A stretch of DNA of 36,720 nt from Callorhinchus milii (taxonomy: Eukaryota): the NCBI RefSeq assembly GCF_018977255.1, contig NW_024705527.1:1-36720 (forward strand), written 5' to 3'. Shown one piece after another: positions 32,541 to 36,720 of this stretch. How positions within the stretch are numbered: position 1 is the first letter of the stretch; every line of letters starts with the position of its first letter. The notes below the pieces were generated by a model. It worked only from the letters and a program-made list of their open reading frames with translations, was not told the DNA's origin and ran no database searches. A program made the translations under genes and the position numbers.

Positions 32541-33067
32541 CTGATGAAATAAAGTTAACAATTACACTCGTTGAAACTGATACGAAACACGAATCAATTA
32601 CTTCAAGCGGACAACGTATACTAATTTTTCACGGCACCGAGAAGCACGTAAAATATAAATGCTTTTAACATCAATTGCAGTCCTGAGTTGTGGTCCCATG
32701 ACCTTTTATTTTACACAAGCTGTATTATTACTCTGATTAACACACACTTTAAAATGTGAAGTTATTTATAACAAAGTTTACCATAAACTAAATAAGTAAA
32801 GTACTTTTAGACTTTACAAGGTTGAGAAAGAAAAATATTTTGCAACTAATCATGTGAAGTTATTTTGTCCACGAGAGGAAATGGGTTTGCATAGACAAGA
32901 TGAACTGCCAATATTATAAAGGACTATAAAGTATTGTTTCTTTCTTGTGATTACATAGCCGATCACACTAATAATCCAATTGTAAGTTACAAGTCTACAA
33001 TGTAATGTTACAATTCCAGAAATGTTCTTGTTAGAAAAGGTTTCGTCTTTTCCTAGTTTTATTTCAC

Positions 33068-33333
33068 CTATAGTGCGATCGAAATAACATCATGAGACTA
33101 TTCCAAACTCTTGTAGACCAGTGCATCAGCAGCTGACATCACAGAACCACTTTTGAGATACATGCACATGACCTCTTTTGTCCAAGCTAGGGAGTGCTTG
33201 CTACATATCCACACATGTCCTGCATGGCAGTCAAACCAATATCCTTATTTATGTTAAGAGCTGATTTTTCTTTCATTCATTAAAAAATAAACTAATTTAA
33301 CATGCATTCGTTTGTGACCCACTGAAAGCATTA
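33068..33333. repeat. ~265-bp intronic segment, inverted copy of 35703-35970
   Basis: TAGTGCGATCGAAAT..TCCAAGCTAGGGAGTGCTTGCTACATATCC..TGAAAGCATTA is the reverse complement of the segment at 35703. Confidence 0.9.
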
Positions 33334-33569
33334 CATCACTTTAGTTTATGGTTGAGAACCCAATTTCACCATAGTTCTTGGCAACCTAAAACCAATCCCA
33401 GAATCTCAGCAGTGCTGGCTCAATGCTCTGACTCCACAGCCACATGGCCACCTTTTCAAGCAAATGTCTAGTGCTGGTGTGTAATATATCCTTGTGGATA
33501 TTAAACATTGCTATGTACTTATACACAGTTTGTTGAGTATGCTGCAAATATCAATTGGTTTGGAAACAA

Positions 33570-33685
33570 CCCTAGAACCATCAATTTTTCATACCCATGA
33601 TTGCAGGAACATCCTGGGAGAGTTGTTTCATCAATGTAACAGTCTCCAGTTCCATTGCAAACATCCGTCACACAAGTTTGGTTTG
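33570..33685 (-). CDS. Host gene exon: EGF-like; 3' boundary unresolved
   Basis: TTTTTCAG acceptor; NQTCVTDVCNGTGDCYIDETTLPGCSCNHGYEK; the frame then degrades and no donor giving the required phase 2 could be fixed. Confidence 0.65.
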
Positions 33686-34295
33686 CTGAAAAATAAATAA
33701 ATGTACAATTTATTTCACGTGCAAAATTGCATATTATGGTACCATAGATGTTTGTACATTTCAAACCAGTGATCCCTTCAGTTAATTCTTTATGCAGTTA
33801 TTGATATCACTCTAAATGTGTTTAGTTATGCAAGACAGGAATTGCATTGCTAAGGCTATGTACCACACACACACACATACTTTGCTATAACAAACACTCC
33901 CATCACCGTAGGAAGCACGAAGCTTCAAGTGACAATTACCTACAGCTTGTATCCTGTAGATATGCACAAAGGCAATGATCCCCATTAAGCCATGTAAATT
34001 GGAAGACGTCTAGAATCGTTTATCCCTAGTGCTGATGCTCACACAGCGTGCCAGATATTCATTTTAGGCCGAGTCAACCTTGGGAAGGCCCAGGTCATGT
34101 ACAGATATGACTTGCCAAACTGGTGCACATTACAAGGGATTAAAACTGGGCATCCGAGATTGTAGCACGGGCTCTAAATACTGAATCATTACAGGTTGTG
34201 ACAGTGGGAAGCATAAAAGTACGGTATAAACATTTATATGGCTGCATTGCCTCTGTTGCACCCAACGTAACTACACAGCCCCTGACCCTATTAAG

Positions 34296-34357
34296 CATGC
34301 TTGGTTGGTCACCCATATAAGCACTATCTAGGCTCAAACCTGCTTAGCTTCAGAGAT
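34296..34357 (-). mobile_element. 5S rRNA-derived fragment (SINE3-like head or 5S pseudogene)
   Basis: Minus strand ATCTCTGAAGCTAAGCAGGTTTGAGCCTAGATAGTGCTTATATGGGTGACC aligns to the 5S internal control region ATCTCGGAAGCTAAGCAGGGTCGGGCCTGGTTAGTACTTGGATGGGAGACC. Confidence 0.75.
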
Positions 34358-34424
34358 ATAGAATTAGGCCATAGAGTATATACATAAGCCACATGTACAA
34401 AGGATGTAGACAGATGTAACTTAC

Positions 34425-34541
34425 GTTTACAAGTCCCATTCACAGAGCTGAAACGGGCAAAGCAGCTGCAGGTAAAGCCTCCTTCGATGTTCGTGCAGTT
34501 CTGGGTGCAGTTGTGGAGTCCTCTGATGCATTCATCAACAT
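34425..34541 (-). CDS. Host gene exon: calcium-binding EGF
   Basis: 117 nt; DVDECIRGLHNCTQNCTNIEGGFTCSCFARFSSVNGTCK. Confidence 0.93.
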
Positions 34542-34745
34542 CTGCACAAACACAATGAGCATCATTGCGGCCATACAAATCCTTAAGGTAGCTTTTCCAT
34601 AACAAATGCCATGCCAAGACATCAGTCGCCTCAGTGCAGAATTAACATTGAGACACACTCAAATTGATTTCCCCTCATACAAACAATTCTAGTAAGTAAA
34701 CAGCTATGCTTCTGCGCATGAAATCAGAAATTATCATTGTCAAAC

Positions 34746-34889
34746 CTTTGCATGTGGTTCCATCACTGTCCAAGTAGTATCCAAGGGGACAGCTGCATGT
34801 GTAGTGGCCAATGGTGTTGTTACATCTCACTCCGACAGGGCCTTTGCAGGGCTGCGTTGTATTTTCCGGTGGGTTACACTCATCGATAT
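34746..34889 (-). CDS. Host gene exon: calcium-binding EGF
   Basis: 144 nt; DIDECNPPENTTQPCKGPVGVRCNNTIGHYTCSCPLGYYLDSDGTTCK. Confidence 0.92.
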
Positions 34890-35702
34890 CTGTGGTGCAT
34901 CGCAAGAGAACGTATGTTAATATGCAAAAGTTGAATTACAAGTGGTCTTGCGGGAGCTTCACGACTGCACAGTGATTAGGAACATTCTAACCAAAAACTT
35001 TATTTTTGTACAACTTAATTGGGGTAAAATCACAAAGCAACACCGCCCCTACTGCCAGATTATACCATCTGTGGAACATAGCGCCTTTGCAATAGCCTTG
35101 CATTACAGTGATAACATAAGAAGCTATACTTGACTTTACTATCCTCAAATTTAAACATTTGAAACATCCAGAAGCATCGCTTCCTTTCCATTGCTAAACC
35201 TGCGTGTACAGTACAGCACAAGGGAGAACAAGGCAGTCGTATGCTTGGCAAAACTCAATAAACAAAATAATTTCATGGCACTGTATCCATGCATTTTTAG
35301 TATAATCGTTATTATTAATAGTCAAGATATTATGAGGCTCATAAAAAAGGCACTACTATATTCTACAAGTTTTATAACTTGGGCCTCTTAAAAATAAATG
35401 TATAATCTGAGTGTATCTATTGTATGCTTTATGAACTTTTCAAGACACATTCTATACGTATTTCAACACTTCCAACACGTCGGCCTCGTGTCGAAGAGTA
35501 GGCCGCTCTAGAGCTCCATCTAGTGGAGACCTCTCTACCAGCAGTGGCGTAATAGTAGGACCGGCACCGTTACCGTTTACATGTTATTCGTGCCCACTTT
35601 TTCCTATTCCAATTAAAGTCAGACTAAGCAAGACAACAAGAACAATAAGCACCACGAGCATACGAGTTTATGTTTGCAAGTGCTTCGAATGTCTATCGTG
35701 AG

Positions 35703-35970
35703 TTAATGCTTTCAGCTGGGTCACAAACAAATGCATGTTGAATTAGTAAAAATAATTAATAGTTGAAAGAAAAATCAGCTCTTACAATATATATTTTTTT
35801 ATATTGGTTTTACTGCCATGCGGGGCATTTGGGGATATGTAGCAAGCACTCCCTAGCTTGGACAAACGAGGTAATGTGCGCGTATCTCAAAAGTGGCTCC
35901 GTGATGTCAGCTTCCGATGCACTGGTCTGCAAGAGTTTGGAAGTCTCATGAAGTGATTTCGATCGCACTA
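35703..35970. repeat. ~265-bp intronic segment, inverted copy of 33068-33333
   Basis: See 33068; one end lies ~12 nt from the donor of exon 35983-36111. Confidence 0.9.
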
Positions 35971-35982
35971 AGCAAAACTTAC

Positions 35983-36111
35983 CTGTGCACGTGACTCCGT
36001 CTCCTGTGTAGCCAGCGATGCACTGGCACTTGAAACTTCCATCGAAATTTTGGCAGAGCCCTGTCGTCCTCGAGCAATTGTTTAACGATGAAACGACGCA
36101 CTCGTCCGTGT
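35983..36111 (-). CDS. Host gene exon: calcium-binding EGF
   Basis: 129 nt; DTDECVVSSLNNCSRTTGLCQNFDGSFKCQCIAGYTGDGVTCT. Confidence 0.94.
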
Positions 36112-36427
36112 CTAAGAAACAACAAAAATTTACGTGGCGTTTGTAATTAGGGTACTGATGTGTGATTGCAAATGTGCACACGCATTTGAGAAAGACTACA
36201 AAAGCTCAGGCAATGACTCGAGAAATACTCTATCTTGTCAGTCATTTAAAATTGAACAATGTCATTGTTCTTAACGAGATGTGAGCCCAGTAACGTTATC
36301 TCTTCCTTCAGAAGAACATACGTTCTTGCAGCTCTTTGTAGTGGTAAGACCACTACACAGTATATGATTAGGTTTATACTGCAAATAAATATTGCGTTGA
36401 TAACAAACCCGCTGGCAAAAAACTTAC

Positions 36428-36557
36428 CAGTACAGATTTCGAAGTGTGCTATTATACTGGTATCCCGCCTTGCACGGACATGTGTATGATCCCATCGTGT
36501 TGCTGCACACCATCGTGTTCGCGTCACACGGTTGGTTTTCCTTGCACTCATCAACAT
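36428..36557 (-). CDS. Host gene exon: calcium-binding EGF (1-nt frameshift)
   Basis: CAG/GTAAGT; DVDECKENQPCDANTMVCSNTMGSYTCPCKAGYQYNST then -1 nt EICT; 130 nt versus 129 expected. Confidence 0.88.
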
Positions 36558-36720
36558 CTGGTCGAAATATAAACAATGCACATCACAATCGAGCAACCAT
36601 ATACAAAACGATGGGTTCCAACAGATCAATGTTAGTGCACAGCAGGTTTCCGTACGAGTGTGCACGACACGGGTATAGGATCGTTAATCTGCCAAACCCA
36701 TCGGGCTGTGAGCCTGTACA

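Noticed and set aside
35513..35526. CTCF-like motif (CCACTAGATGGAGC on the minus strand)
   Set aside because: A single imperfect motif; function cannot be inferred from sequence alone.
576..36665. Remaining 60-160 aa ORFs in the track
   Set aside because: No recognisable domains; they are intronic chance ORFs, or alternate-frame and antisense overlaps of real exons and PLE ORFs.

Overview
AT-rich animal genomic DNA, probably vertebrate given V-SINE-like and 5S-derived SINE remnants; the species cannot be determined. Most of the window is the interior of one large minus-strand gene. About 21 exons can be traced by GT-AG boundaries and phase. In transcript order they encode EGF/cbEGF repeats, a 2.7-kb Thr-rich mucin exon (105-bp/35-aa repeat), two FN3 domains, more EGF/cbEGF repeats, and the first exon of a MUC4-type NIDO region. 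The gene runs off both ends of the window. Several exons are 1 nt off frame at homopolymers, which suggests an unpolished long-read assembly rather than a pseudogene. The most striking intronic content is a Penelope-like element (PLE) family carrying minimal type I hammerhead ribozymes. There are two protein-coding copies with inverted arms and 12-13 bp target-site duplications (TSDs), one forming a ~3.5-kb near-palindrome. There is also a 328-bp non-coding mini copy with a 15-bp TSD, plus two remnants. All five invert at the same point, inside a 7-bp stem formed by the 3' tail. Other repeats are a solo LTR, Helentron/HINE-like tandem arrays, a hAT MITE, SINE/LINE fragments, a perfect 47-bp x6 minisatellite and an inverted intronic duplication bracketing three exons. 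All coordinates were read by eye and may be off by a few bases.
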